From NCBI RefSeq assembly GCF_009914755.1, contig NC_060937.1: a DNA stretch of 64,000 nucleotides; one strand, 5' to 3'. Under the pieces are notes generated by a model, which was not told the origin of the DNA, searched no databases, and worked only from the letters and a program-made list of their open reading frames with translations. Below, one piece after another: positions 29,571 through 47,177 of the stretch. Each line of letters begins with the position of its first letter. Within the stretch, counting starts at the first letter, position 1. The translations under genes were made by a program, and so were the position numbers. Origin of the DNA: the human T2T-CHM13v2.0 reference genome, Homo sapiens.

Positions 29571-29865
29571 GGTCGGGCACTACAGCTCATGCCTGTAATC
29601 CCAGCACTTTGGGAGGTCAAGGCAGGTGGATTGCCTGAGCTCAGGAGTTTGAGACCAGCCTGGCCAACACGGTGAAACCCCGTCTCTACTAAAGATACAA
29701 AATTAGCCGGGCATGGTGGTGCATGACTGTAATCCCAGCTATTTAGGAGGCTGAGGCAGGAAAATTGCTTGAACCCGGGAGGCGGAGATTGCAGTAAGCC
29801 AAGATCATGCCATTATACTCCAGCCTGGGCAACAAGAGCAAAACTCCATCCAAAAAAAAAAAAAA
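29571..29865 (+). mobile_element. AluS (Sq/Sx-like)
   Basis: Full dimer with A tail. Confidence 0.92.
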
Positions 29866-30187
29866 CTATCAGCAAAGTATTACTAGTAAAAAACATTAAA
29901 TCAGCTGTCTTAAATATGTTTAATTTAGATAAAAGAAACTATGGACAAAAATCAGGAGAACACTATATTAACAAACAAGAAATGCCAATTTAGAGATAGA
30001 AATTACAAAAAAAAATTAAAAGAATTAAATAGAAATTCTGAAGCTGAAAAATACAATCACTGGAATTAGAAATTCACTAGATGGTTTTAACAACAGATTT
30101 GAACAAACGGTAGAAAGAAGCAGCAAATTTGAAGATAAGGAAATAAACAATTTCCAGATTGAGGAGCAGATAGAAAATTTAAAAATG

Positions 30188-30854
<667 letters not shown>

Positions 30855-31929
30855 CATACAAACATATACATCATAGAAGTTCTAGAAGACGAAGAGAGAA
30901 AGAGGCAGAAACAATTTTGAGGAAATAATGGCCAGTACCTCCTAAATTTGATGAAAGACATGAAAGTCTGCATCCTAGAAACTCAACAAACTCAGGACGG
31001 AATAAATGTAAAGAGGGCCACATCAAGACATCAATTATAGTCAAATTGTTAAAAGCCAAAGAGAAAGACAGAATCCTAAAAGCAGCAAGAGAGAAGGAAC
31101 TCATTATGTACAAGGGGCCCTCAATAAAAATCACACTGATTTCCCATTAGAAATCACAGAGGCCAGAAGGCACTAAGAAAACATACTTAGTGTGCTAAAA
31201 GAAAACAAAACCGTCAACCAGGAATTCTGTATCTGACAAAACTATCCTTCAAGAATGAAGGACAAATTAAGAGATACCCAGATAAATAAATGCTAAGAAG
31301 GTTTTTCTTATTAGTGGGCCTGTCCAACAATGAGTGCTGAAGGGAGTCCCTCAGGATGAAATAAAAGGACACTAGACAGTAACTCAAAGCCATATGACAA
31401 AATACAGAACATTAGTAAAGAAAACTACTTAGGTATATTTAAGTCTGTATTCTTCTATATTTGGTCAGTAAATTTATTTTTTTCTTTATGACTTAAAAGG
31501 CAAATGCATTAAACAATAATTATAAATCTATGCTAATGGCCACACAATATATTAAGATGTAATAACAATTTTAATATATTGCTACAATAACAATATAAAA
31601 AGGGGAAGAGGCAGAGACATATAGGATCAGAATGTTCCATACCATTAAAACTAAGTTAATATTTATTCAAGCTAGTTTGTTATAAGTTTAAGATGGTAGT
31701 TGTAAAGCCCAAGGTAATCACTAAGAAAATAACAAAAATAAACAGAAAATGAAAGAAGAAAATAAAAATAGTACATTACAAAATATCAAATAAGTGAAAA
31801 AAAGCCAGTAATGGAGGAATTGAACAAAAAACAGATAGACATATAGAAAACCAATAACTAAATGTCAGAAGTTAGCCCTTCCTTACCAGCAACTAGTTTA
31901 AACATAAATAAACTCTCCAATTAAAATGA

Positions 31930-32268
<339 letters not shown>

Positions 32269-32278
32269 TAGATTTTAA

Positions 32279-32607
<329 letters not shown>

Positions 32608-33807
32608 TAAGAGACTCATTTTAGATACAAAGACACAAAGAGGTTGAAAGCAAAAACATGTAAAATGATACTACATGCAAAGAGTAATGACAAGTGAGAT
32701 GGAGTGGCTATATGATTACCAGACAAAATAGGTTTTCAAGTCAAAAAAGATTAAAAGAGACAAAGGATGACATTATGTCTTGATAAAAGATACAATCAAT
32801 CAAAAAGATGTAAAAAAAAAAAATTAAAGTATGTACCTAACTACTAAGCCCAAATATATGTAAAACAATAACTGGCAAAATTGAAAATATAAATAGATAC
32901 TTTTACGATAATAGTTGGAAGTTTAAATACCCTATTTCAATAATGAATAGAACAACCAGACAGAAGATCAATAAAGAAACAGAGAATTTCTAATAGGTTT
33001 ACTATAATTTTAGAGCCTACAGACATACCAAACAGTCCACCTAAAAAAGTACCATATACATTTTCTTAAGTACTCATGGAACAGTATCCAACATAGATCA
33101 TATGTTAGGCCACAAAACAAATTTAAGTAAATTTTAAAAGACTGAAGTTAAACGAAATATATTTTTAACTACAATGGAATGAAACTGAATTCAGTAACAG
33201 AAATAAAGTGGAAATCTCACAAATATGTGGAAATTAAACAATGTATTCCTAAACAACCAATGAGTCAAAGAAATCACAAAGGAAGCTAGAAAATATCTTG
33301 AGATAAGTGAAAACAACAACACGACATATCAAAACTCATAGGACACAGCAAAAGCAGTACTCAGAGGGAAATTTATATGACTACAATGAAAAATAAAAAT
33401 ATCTCAAATTGATTCCCTAACTGTATACCTTGAAGTACTAGAAAAATAAGAGCAAACTAAACTCAAAGCTAGCAGAAGGAAGGAAATAACAAAAATTAGA
33501 GTGGAAATAAATGAAATAAGATAGAAAAACAATAGAAAATCAATAAAATCAAAAGTTTGTTCCTTGAAAAGATCAACAAAATGGAAAAACCTTTAGCTAG
33601 AATGACGATTAATAAAAATGAGTAGATTCAAATTACTGAAATTAGAACAAAAAGAGGAGACATTACAATTAACTTACAAAAGTAAAAAGGGTCATAAGAA
33701 AATACTGTGAACCATTGGCAGTTGCATGACAAGTTAGATAACCCAAATAAAACAGACAAATTCTTAGAAATGCATGAAATAAAGGGACTGTCTCAAGAAG
33801 AAATAGA

Positions 33808-34102
33808 GGACCAGGCAGGGTGACTTATGCCTGTAATCCCAACACTTTGAGGGGCGAAGGTGGGAGGATCACTTGAGGCCAGGAGGTCAAAAGCAGCCTG
33901 GATAACATAGTGAGACCTCATATTTACAAAAAAAAAAAAAAAAAAATTTAGCTGGGGGTGGTGGTGTGCACCTGTGGTCCTAGTTACTCAGGAAGTTAAG
34001 GCAGGAGGATCTCTTGAGACTGGGAGGTCAAGGCTACAGTGAGCTCTAATTACACCACTGCCTCCAGCCTGGGTGACAGAGTAAGACTCTCTCTAAAAAA
34101 AA
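33808..34102 (+). mobile_element. AluJ
   Basis: ggaggatcacttgaggccaggagg and ggtcaaggctacagtgag; TSD agaagaaataga. Confidence 0.9.
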
Positions 34103-34326
34103 AGGAGAAGAAATAGACAATCTAAATAGGCCTGAAAAAATCAAATCAGTAATCAAAATCAGTAATCAAAAATCTCACCCCCCCCCCAAAAAAAAAAAAA
34201 AAAAAAGGCTCAGGACCACAGACTGTTTCACTAATAAATTCAACCAAACACTCGAGGAATTAACACCACATAAATTCTTCTCAAACGCTTTCAAATAATT
34301 GAAGAGGAGATACTTTGTAATTCCTC

Positions 34327-34497
34327 TTTGTAATACTTTGTAATACTTTGTATTACTTTGCAATACTTTGTATTACTTTGCAATACTTTGTAATACTTTG
34401 TAATACTATGAGACCAGCATTACCCTTTTTACAAAGACCAGTATTACTTTGTAATACTATGTAATACTTTGTAATACTATGAGACCAGCATTACCCT
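34327..34497. repeat. 10-bp minisatellite (taatactttg-type) with duplicated L1 segment
   Basis: Eight consecutive 10-mers at 34331-34410 and four more at 34441-34481; tatgagaccagcattaccct occurs twice. Confidence 0.93.
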
Positions 34498-35215
34498 GAT
34501 ACCAAAACAACAACAAAAACACTACAAGAAAAAAAGAAAAGATATCCTTTATGGAGATAGATGCAAAAATACTTAATGAAACAACAGCAAAGTTAATTCA
34601 GCTGCATATTAAAAGGACTATACACCATTATCAAGTGGGATTTATCCCAGAATACATGGTTATTTAACACACTAAAATCAATGTAATATACTATATCAAT
34701 ATAATGAAGAAAAACAAAAACACATCATTTCAATTGATGCAGAAAAAAGTACTTGACAAAATTCAACAACTTTGTATGGCAAAAACGCAGAATAAACTAT
34801 GACCAGAAGGAACTTCCTTAAAATGGTGAAAGTCAGATGTGAAAAACCCACAGCTAACATCATATTCAATGTTGAAAAACTGAAAGTTTTTCTCATAATA
34901 TCAGGAACAATACAGGATGTCCACTTTCACTACATCTATTCAATATAATACTTGAAATTCTACTCAGAGTAATTAGGCAAGAAAAAGAAATAAAAGGCAT
35001 TCAAATTGGAAAAAAAGTAGTTAAAACTAATTCTATTCATAGATAGCTTAATCTTATATGTAGAAAGTCCTAAAGAATGTACAAGAAAAAAATGTTAAAG
35101 CTAATAAACATCTTTAGCAAAGTCGTAAGATACAAAATCAACATGCAAAAATCAGTTCGTATACCATTGGTGAACAATCCAAAAAGGAATTTTTTTTTTT
35201 TAAATCCACATACAA

Positions 35216-35370
35216 CCAGGCACCATGGCTCATGCCTATAATCCCAGCACATTGGGAAGCTGAGGCAAGAGGATGGCTTGAGCCCAGGAATTCAAGACCA
35301 GCCTGGGCAACATAAATGAGACTCTGTCTCAAAAATAATAACGATCATTATAATGAAATAAAATAAAAAT
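35216..35370 (+). mobile_element. FLAM_C / Alu left monomer
   Basis: Monomer ending gagactctgtctc plus A-rich tail. Confidence 0.83.
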
Positions 35371-35565
35371 ATATGTACAATAGAATAAATATTCAAGAAT
35401 AAATTTAACCAAGAAGGATAACAACCAGCATATGAACGCTATAAAACATTGCTTATAGATATTAAATAAGACCTAGAAAATTGGAAAGACATCCCATATT
35501 TATGAATTAGAAGACTTAGTATTATATTAGCATGACAATATTATCCAAAAAGATATACAAATTCA

Positions 35566-36138
<573 letters not shown>

Positions 36139-36769
36139 TCAATGATCAATTGATTTTTAACAATGTTGCTAATATCACACAATTGGGAAAAGAATTGTCT
36201 CTTTAACAAAGAGTGCTAGAAACACTGGATAGTCCTAGGAAAAATAAAGGTGGTTGGACCTCTACCTTATACCACGCACAAAAATTAACTCAAAACTGAT
36301 CAAAGACTTAAATCGAAGAGCTAAAACTATGAACTCTTAGAAGAAAGCATAAGGGCAAATATGCATGGTCTTGGATTTGGCAATGGCTTCTTAAACATGA
36401 TGCCAAATCCACAGAAAACAACAGAGTGAAAAACACAGCCCATGGCTTGGGAGAAAATATTTGCAAATCACATACCTGATAAAGTTATAATATCCAGAAT
36501 ATGCAGACTCCCACAACTCAACAACAAAAAGATGAATGTCACCCTCTCAACATTTGATGTGCTCAACAACCAGTATGCTCTACTGAGCTTATATGCCCAG
36601 AGCTTTTTTGAGGTTTCATTTCTAGGCATGACTGATTAAATCACTGGCTACATGATTGAACTCAGTCTCCAGTCTGTCTCCCTTTCCTGGAGGTTCCATT
36701 TGGAATGTCCCAACCTTTTTATACACATTTCTGGTGTAGCCAGACTCTCTCTTGAAACTATCAGAAGGC

Positions 36770-37261
<492 letters not shown>

Positions 37262-37327
37262 TCAGGTATGGTTATTGGGCCTTCTTATAAATAACAAATG
37301 ACACTCCTCTTACTGAGAAGACTCTAA

Positions 37328-37845
<518 letters not shown>

Positions 37846-37847
37846 TC

Positions 37848-38108
37848 TCTTTTCTCTTCTTTTCTGACAAGGTCTGGGATCATGGCTCACTGCAGCCTTA
37901 ACGTCCCAGGCTCAAGTGATCCTCTGACCTCACCCCAAGTAGCTGGGACCACAGGCACACACCACCATGCCCAACTAATTTTTAAATTTTGGTAGAGATG
38001 GAGTCTCCCTATGTTGCCCAGACTGGTCTCTAACCCCTGGCCTCAAGCAATCCTCCTGCCTTGGCCTCCCAAAGTGCTGGATAACAGGTGTGAGCCACTG
38101 TACCCAGT
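37848..38108 (-). mobile_element. AluJ with deletion
   Basis: J-type gctcaagtgatcctc and ccctatgttgccca. Confidence 0.85.
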
Positions 38109-38194
38109 CTAGATATTTTTATTATACCACATATGTACCACATATGTAAGCAAGTACTTGCAACACTATAAACTAATTCTATGTGATAGAATTA

Positions 38195-38572
38195 TGTTCA
38201 GAACCCAAGTCGTTCATTTCTGATCACCCTTGATAGCTGATCAGGTTCCTCATCCTCCACCATCCCCGCTCCCCCATGATGTCTGATCACCCTGGCCTAT
38301 CTTAAGCAAGAATTCTGTTAGGTTGGTTTAGCCAAAATCCCCCTGACTCTTAATAGTAGCTCTTAGTAATTTTCTACCCACTGACTCTCAGTCTGTTCCT
38401 TTGTTTCAATTCCTGCTTGCACATGCTGTATTTGGAGTTGAGCCCAATTTCTATCTCCCACTCTTGTGGTCCCTATGCACAGGACTATCTAATTGATCAT
38501 GAATAAAGTCTGCCTTATACTTACCAACATTTGTGCTTTGATAAGTATAATTGAATAACTTTTGCTTTAACA
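38195..38572 (+). mobile_element. MER31-family (ERV1) LTR
   Basis: tgatgtctgatcaccctggcc...gcaagaattctgttagg...ctcttagtaattttc...ggagttgagccca...aataaagtctgcctt...tttaaca. Confidence 0.75.
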
Positions 38573-38612
38573 AGGCCCTTGAAATTATGTACAACCATCT
38601 CTAAGACAGTCT

Positions 38613-38868
38613 ATTTTATTAGACAGGGCTTCATTCTGTTGCCCAAGCTGGTGTGATCACAGCTCACTGTAGTCTTGAACTCCTGGGTTCAAAGGATCCG
38701 CTCACCTCAGCATCCCAAGTAGCAGGCTAATTTTTTATGGTTTTTTGGTAGAGATGATGTCTCTTTATGTTGCTGAGGCTGGTCTTGAACTCCTAGCCTC
38801 AAGTGATCCTCCAACCTTAGCCCCCTAAAGCACTGGGATTACAGGTGTGAGGCAATGTGCCCAACCAA
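38613..38868 (-). mobile_element. AluJ with deletions
   Basis: Diverged reverse Alu. Confidence 0.83.
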
Positions 38869-39203
38869 CTTTCTGGCTGTTTTTGAAAATGATGTTTATC
38901 AGGTTAACAGGAGACTTCAGACCTGAGCGTTATTTGTCTCCATTTATTGTGAATCCCGGTATTTGTTATGTACAGTTCATTGTATTGGAAAATGAGACAA
39001 TCAAGTGTGTTCTCAGGATGAAAATAAGCACAGTTGGGGAGGACAGACAATACTATGTCAAGTTAGTGAAAGTGCAGAGAATTGGGAATAAATCAAATAA
39101 TATGTGTTTTGTACTGTTAGTAGCAAGACAATAATCCCCTTTTTGATACTTTCTTAGTTAATTTTTTTGTGTGTATTTTTGTTATTCTGTCTCTTAGAAT
39201 TAG

Positions 39204-39678
<475 letters not shown>

Positions 39679-39793
39679 CCTGTTTACTAGTTTTCTATAT
39701 GCTGAATTAATGCTTTTTTCCCTAAGTTTCATTTTTATTCTCCTTCAGAAAATGTGACTAGGATTGTATCTTAATATTTTTCATGTTGAATGA

Positions 39794-40118
<325 letters not shown>

Positions 40119-40601
40119 TACTCATTTTCAAAAAGGGTGACACAACTTCTAACAATTACTGATCAGGTAAAGTCAGATATATTCTATACTTTCATTAGAA
40201 GGCTGAATTTGGAGATAAAGCTGGGAGAAAAATGAGATTTTTCCTGTAGCTCACTGGCTAATAAATACACCTCTAGGTAGAGGGAGTCACAGCAAGTATT
40301 CTGGCCCTGCTTTTAGTTAATTAAAAGCTAGACTACACATACTAACTATTCGCAATTGGGCTATCTTCTTTGCACTGCTGTTTACTTAATTGTAAATATG
40401 AGAGTACACTGGTATTTTGCTTTACAAATGGAATATCAGAAGTATTGCATTCATTTAGTCTGATTGATTTGTGCCCTATGAAACAGATTGAAACATTGGG
40501 TAGAACTAAATCAGGGTATTAATATTTGTCTACTATCTTTTAATTGAAATGATTTTCTGTTAACACTTTGTTTCCCGTATTCTATTAATAATGAAGGAAA
40601 A

Positions 40602-40885
40602 GACCGGGTGCGGTGGCTATCGCCTGTAACCCAGCATTTTGGGAGGCGGAGGCGGGTGGATGACCTGAGGTCAGGAGTTTGAGACCAGCCTGGCCAACAT
40701 GGTGAAACACCTGTCTCTACTAAAAATACAAAAATTAGCCGGGCCTGGCGGTGGATGCGTGTAATCCCAGCTGCTTGGGAGGCTGAGGCAGAAGAATCAC
40801 TTGAATCCATGAAGTGGAGGTTGCAGTGAGCTGAGATCATGCCAGTGCACTCCAGCCTAGGCGAGAAGTGAGACTCAAAATAACA
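40602..40885 (+). mobile_element. AluSx followed by a G/A-rich tract to about 40945
   Basis: Full dimer with a short tail. Confidence 0.9.
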
Positions 40886-42290
40886 AGAAGGAAGGGGGCG
40901 GGGAGGGGGAGGAGCGGGAGGAGGAGGAGGGAGAGGGAAAAAAAACACTTCCTTTATTTTGGTAAAATGTTTAACATTTTTCTTCTTTCCTTTCCCCAGC
41001 CCTCAAAAGTAGTAATTCTATCCCTTTCATGACTTGTAAGAGCTCTCCTGAGGCATTCATACGCATACTTTGAAGGTCTTGTATGTTATTGTTCATTAGT
41101 GATTCTTATAATAATTAAATAATTTTCCTAAATCCAAATTTTACTTTTGACTAACCTATTTGGCTCAAATGTGTATATACACAGGAGTTTTCACAGGGTC
41201 CCCTATTTCTCAAAATCAGCAGTGCTTTGTTGGATGCTCTGCAAGAGGCATTCAAGGTTAAAAGTCAGCATGACTCTCCCAGAGAACCTTGTACCTTCAT
41301 ACCCACCCCCATTCCAGCCATGGAGGAGTTTCCTCCTCTCACTTCCCCCAGAGAAGGAAGCTCAACAATATTAGCACACAAATGCAAAATAACCAGCCAG
41401 GCCTCTTCCTAGGAATACAAATTAGGGGCAGGTAGTTGAAGAGCTTAGAAAGCTGAAATTGTGTACTATGAAAGGATGAATAGATGGGAGACTGAAAGTG
41501 GGGTGAAGTGTTCAGCTTTTGTCATTTAAAGTGATGTCTTTAACTCTTTGCCTTCTAGAGACTACCCTTTACCAAATAATAGAGCTTTACAATCAAGAGT
41601 TCCTGGGTTAAAAAAAAAAAAAGATATTGAGCTTTCTTTTAAAAATTAGATATTGGTTTCACTAGGGCATAAGTCTGACAAAAAATACAGTAGAGAGCTT
41701 ACGGCATTGAATAACTTATTAGCAGATCTTTTAATTTTTTGAAAAAGGGAGTCTATATTAGCTGACTAGTGCATTTTCTTTTCTTCTTTTGGCCGCCACT
41801 TTTAGCTAAATGCAAATCATGTTTTACTACATTTACATTTGGCCAAGTTTTAACTTGAGAGGTGTGTTTGGCTGAAAGCTTGAATTTTATTTTCTAATTA
41901 GATCTATCTTATTTAGTAGTCAATGGCATAGTCTTGCCACAGTTTTTCTGTAATAATTATAAGAGAATGCCCAAGCAAGTCATTTTCTAGATTGCTGAAG
42001 CTTTGGATATGTATCCTGGATATCCAGAAAGTAACATTGTGGGCAGAGTAATCAGCACTGTGCACGCACATTCTCAAGCTAAAATCTGAATAGTTCAGCA
42101 TGACGCTGCATCAGTGGTTAAAAACCAAACTTAAGGGCAGGAAGATGCATTCGTTTCTTATTATAATACAACAGAGGAACACAGAAGTATAAAGTTAACC
42201 AATAAAACTCAGGGTTTCTACAACAACAGCGTGTTTTGACCTCGAGCTAAAATTTTTGTTTGGTTTGCTTTTATTAAGAGAGCATTTCCT

Positions 42291-42454
42291 AGCTGGGCAT
42301 AGTGGCACATGCCTGTAGCCCCAGCTACATGGGAGGCTGAGGCAGGAGGATCACGTGAGCATAGGAGGTCAAGTAAGCCATGACTGTGCCTCTGCACTCC
42401 AGCCTGGGTGACAGAGCAAGACTCTGTCTCAAAAAAAAAAAAAAAAAAAAAAAA
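42291..42454 (+). mobile_element. FRAM / Alu right monomer
   Basis: Monomer with poly-A. Confidence 0.85.
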
Positions 42455-42650
42455 GTATTTCTTCTTTTGGAGAGACCAATCTTTGCTCTGATAGAGATCA
42501 TAAATTATGTACTATATTTATTAAATACCTTCTGTGTACCCTTCAACCAGACTTGTGCTCATCTTTGGTAGGACAATTTGGACAAACAAGTTATAATTGC
42601 TGAAGAAGATATAATGTCACTGAAGCACATAGAAAGTATGTAAGATATAA

Positions 42651-42984
<334 letters not shown>

Positions 42985-43304
42985 TAGAATGGTATTGGGG
43001 GAGGGTAGCTGGGAGATAAACAAGTATTAGAGGATGTGGGCAGCCATGCATATAATGAGTTTTTACATCTATTATGCCATTATATTTACAGTATTTCCAC
43101 TGTATAGGAGGAAAAGCTCAGAAAGTTTTGGTTTTTTGCTTTGCTTTTATAATGACACTTTTAACAAAAGCCAATCATTATCTTGTACAATTTTTTCTCC
43201 TATTCCTCCAGTGATGTATAGTTTGTTGAGGACAAAATGTCCTTTCCTTTCTCAGTGTCTTGAATAGCACTGTTTACAATATTAGTGCTTAAAAATATCT
43301 TTAG

Positions 43305-43462
43305 GACAGGGTATGGTGACTCACACCTGTAATCTCAGCACTTTGGGAAGCTGAGACAGGAAAATAGCTTGAGATCAGGAGTTAGACCAGCCTAGTCAAC
43401 ATAGTGAGATGCTGTCTCTACTTTATATATAAATAAATAACAAAACAAACAAAGAAATAAAA
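43305..43462 (+). mobile_element. FLAM_C / Alu left monomer
   Basis: Monomer with A-rich tail; flanks aaaatatcttta / aaaatactttta. Confidence 0.82.
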
Positions 43463-43837
43463 TACTTTTAGTGGCTTAAGGGTACCACACCAAATCCTTG
43501 TTTCCTCAGAGATAACAGAGAGGTATTTATCTATCATCTTTGATTTCTGCTCTGAAATCTATCAATACTAAAATCCACATATAAAATCTAGGAAATGATT
43601 ATTTATATCAGATATAGTTCTAAGAAAGACACTCTCTGAGAATTGTCATGATTTTGTCGAGGGATTTCCCTAGAAGTCTCCTGTGAAGTCTCCTTCTCTT
43701 TAGGTTGACATTGGGATTGGAGAGTGGAAGCCTCTCACCATCCTTCTTGTTTTGTTTCTTGATTATTTTTGACATTTTTAAAGTAAACTTGTAAAATCAT
43801 GATGAATACAAGGAAAATAGGATGGAAGTTAGCCAAT

Positions 43838-44068
43838 AAAGACTTAAATTTTGGAATTAGATAAAGTTTGAATAGAAAGAGGTTCTGCCATTTATCACTA
43901 GCTGTGTTATCTTCAGCATTCCCTGGTATCTTTGAGCTTTGGTATATTATCTACAGATGAAGAATAATCATATCTACTTCACAACAGGTTTTGAGGATTA
44001 AATGGAATCCTGTTTGTAGGTAGCCTAGCCTAGTACCTGCTTAGAGTAGCTGTTCAATCCATGTTAAA
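43838..44068 (+). mobile_element. MIR
   Basis: ctagctgtgttatctt...atctacagatgaagaataatcatatctacttcac...ttttgaggattaaatg. Confidence 0.7.
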
Positions 44069-44384
44069 CCATGTTCTTCCAGAGAATGAACAGAGTTTGC
44101 TTATTGTAGCTGGGTTATTCATAAGGAGGATGGCTTTAGGATGGGTAAATCCAGGAGCTCAACCTACTAACAATGTGAAACTAAATTGGGTTTTGAGGAG
44201 GAAGCTGTTGAAGGATGCACACCGAAGAGTGAAATTCAGAAAAGACCAAGGTAGACTGGTTTGAATAAGAGGCTCTCTGCTATTAACCCATTTTCTCTCT
44301 CAAACCCCTAGTTCTGCCTTTCAGTAGGCTATAAACTCTTAGAGGACTCTATCTCATTCCTGGATACTGAACTTCTATATCCAA

Positions 44385-45100
44385 GAGTTTCTGGACTCTG
44401 GATGTTCTACATATATCTCAAACCAAACATGCCAAAAACTGAATATATAACACAAAATTACATCTAGAAAGGAGAAATAAGTTCTAGTGTTCTGTGGAAC
44501 TGGAGGGTGACAGTAGTTAACAATTCCTTGTGTATTTTCAGATAGCCAGAAGAGAAGATTTTGAATGAAGAAGTGATCAATGTTTTGGGTAATAGATATG
44601 CTAATTAAATTACCCTGAGTTGATCATTACACATTGTATATATGTACCAAAATATCACACTGTACTCCATGAATATATACAATTATTATGTGTCAATTAA
44701 AAATAAATAACTGAATGTTTGAATTTCTCCATCCAAATCCACTCCACATCTTGCATTTCCTAACTTTGTGATTGGTGTTGATATGTAACCTGGAAAACTG
44801 AATTGCATCATTAACTTTATCTTTGTCAAGAACATTCAATGGGTCATTGGCTCATGTACACTCTTCTTCCTAAAGTCATTTGTTCTTCACCTTTAACATT
44901 ACTCATATTTTAAACCTGTTCTTTGATGCACTCCTTAGCTTAGATACATACAATTCTCTTCACCTGAAATGCTATTCCCTTCCTTTCTCCGCCTCAGGAA
45001 TAACTAGTCCTATTTCAAGAAGCAACTCCACTGTCCCCTCTGTTAAGCCTTTCTCAACCTGTTCAGTGGCAGGTTGCTCCCACTCTGTGATTCAGTAGCA
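44385..45100 (+). mobile_element. Degenerate L2 fragments, interrupted by an L1MA tip
   Basis: ggatgttctacatatatctcaaaccaaacatgccaaaaactgaat; cacctgaaatgctattccc. Confidence 0.5.
44450..44708 (+). mobile_element. L1MA 3' end (5'-truncated)
   Basis: ggagaaataagttctagtgttc...ttaccctgagttgatcattacacattgtata...gtgtcaattaaaaat; TSD aactgaat. Confidence 0.88.
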
Positions 45101-45303
45101 TCCATCTAAAGAGAAGACATTTAGAACATACTCCATACTATTGTTTATTATTAACTTTTTCATAAATGTCTCCATTTTTAAGTTATAAAACTAATCTTAA
45201 TAGAAAAAAATCAAGAAAGTATTCATAGTAAATGATTTAGCAATGCATAAAGTAAAAAGTAAAAGTCCCACATATTCATTCCCGGACAAAATTACCACAC
45301 CTT

Positions 45304-45592
45304 CTTCTTTGAAACAGAGTCTCATTCTGCTACCCAGGCTGGAGTGCAGTGGCACCATGATGGCTCATTGTAGCCTTGACCTCCTGAGCAAAATTCATCC
45401 TCCCACCTCAGTCTCCCAAGTAGCTGGGACTACAGGCGCACGCCACCACACCTGACTAATTTTTGTACGTTTTGTAAAGACAGGGTTTTGTCATGTTGCC
45501 CAGGCCAGTCTCCTACTCCTGGGCTCAAGTAATCTGCCCGCTGCAGCCTCCCAAAGTGTTGGGATTATAGGAGTGAGCCACTGTGCCCAGCC
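45304..45592 (-). mobile_element. AluJ
   Basis: J-type reverse Alu. Confidence 0.9.
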
Positions 45593-45605
45593 AAAATCAC
45601 CACTC

Positions 45606-45908
45606 TTTTTTTTTTTTTTTTTTTTGAGGTAGAGTCTCCCTCTGTCGCCCAGGCCGCAGTGCCGTGGCGGCGATTTTGACTCACCTCAAGCTCCGGCTCC
45701 CGCGTTCCCGCCATTCTCCTGCCTCAGCCTGCGGAGTAGCTGGGACTACAGGCACCCGCCACCATGCCCGGCTAATTTTTTGTATTTTTAGTAGAGACGG
45801 GGTTTCACCATGTTAGCCAGGATGCTCTCAATCTCCTGAACTTGTGATCCGCCCGCCTCAGCCTCCCAAAGTGTTGTGATTACAGGCGTGAGCCACCGCG
45901 CCCGGTCC
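45606..45908 (-). mobile_element. AluY
   Basis: CpG-rich with Y diagnostics; perfect TSD aaaatcaccactctt. Confidence 0.93.
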
Positions 45909-46535
45909 AAAATCACCACTCTTAACAATCTGGTGTGTATCCTTCCACCCTAAATAAAGAGAAACATATACGTACACATTCACACATGTACATGAGTACA
46001 AATACACACATGTTTGTAAGAATGAGACTTGAAATACAGATGATTCTATTCTCTAGTTTTATACTTTTATATATTGCATACTATTAATTAATACTTGAAT
46101 GTTTTAACTTACTCATATGGAATACATTTATATCTGGTAGGGCAATTATTTAACTTCTAACTTTTTTGCTAATTTTATGTTCTTATTAGAGTTAATGAAT
46201 AAAGCTCAACAAAATTGTATTTTTATTGGGATGGAAACAGACTAATAATTCATAAAGAACATATCTTTAAAAATATATAGGCTTCTCATTCATAAATATG
46301 GTATAATTTTTCACTTGCTAAAAATCTGCTTGTATTTTTAGACACTTTGAAGTTTTCTTGATACAGGTTTTATATATTTTTATTGTCAGTGCTCAATTTA
46401 TTGATATTGTGAATAGGATATTTCTTCCCTTGTTCTGCTTTTTGCTTTTATAAGGAGAGCTATTGCTTTTTGTTTATATTTCTTATATGAGCATACCTTA
46501 ATTGAACTGTCACTAAGTTTGATAGTTATTTATAA

Positions 46536-47177
<642 letters not shown>

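Noticed and set aside
34327-34497. 10-bp array as CRISPR or telomere-like repeat
   Set aside because: Head-to-tail units without spacers and not TTAGGG-related; reported as a minisatellite.
41990-42036. Possible 40-nt exon (ttttctag...gtaaca)
   Set aside because: Weak donor, short pyrimidine tract, unrecognised peptide and no partner exons.
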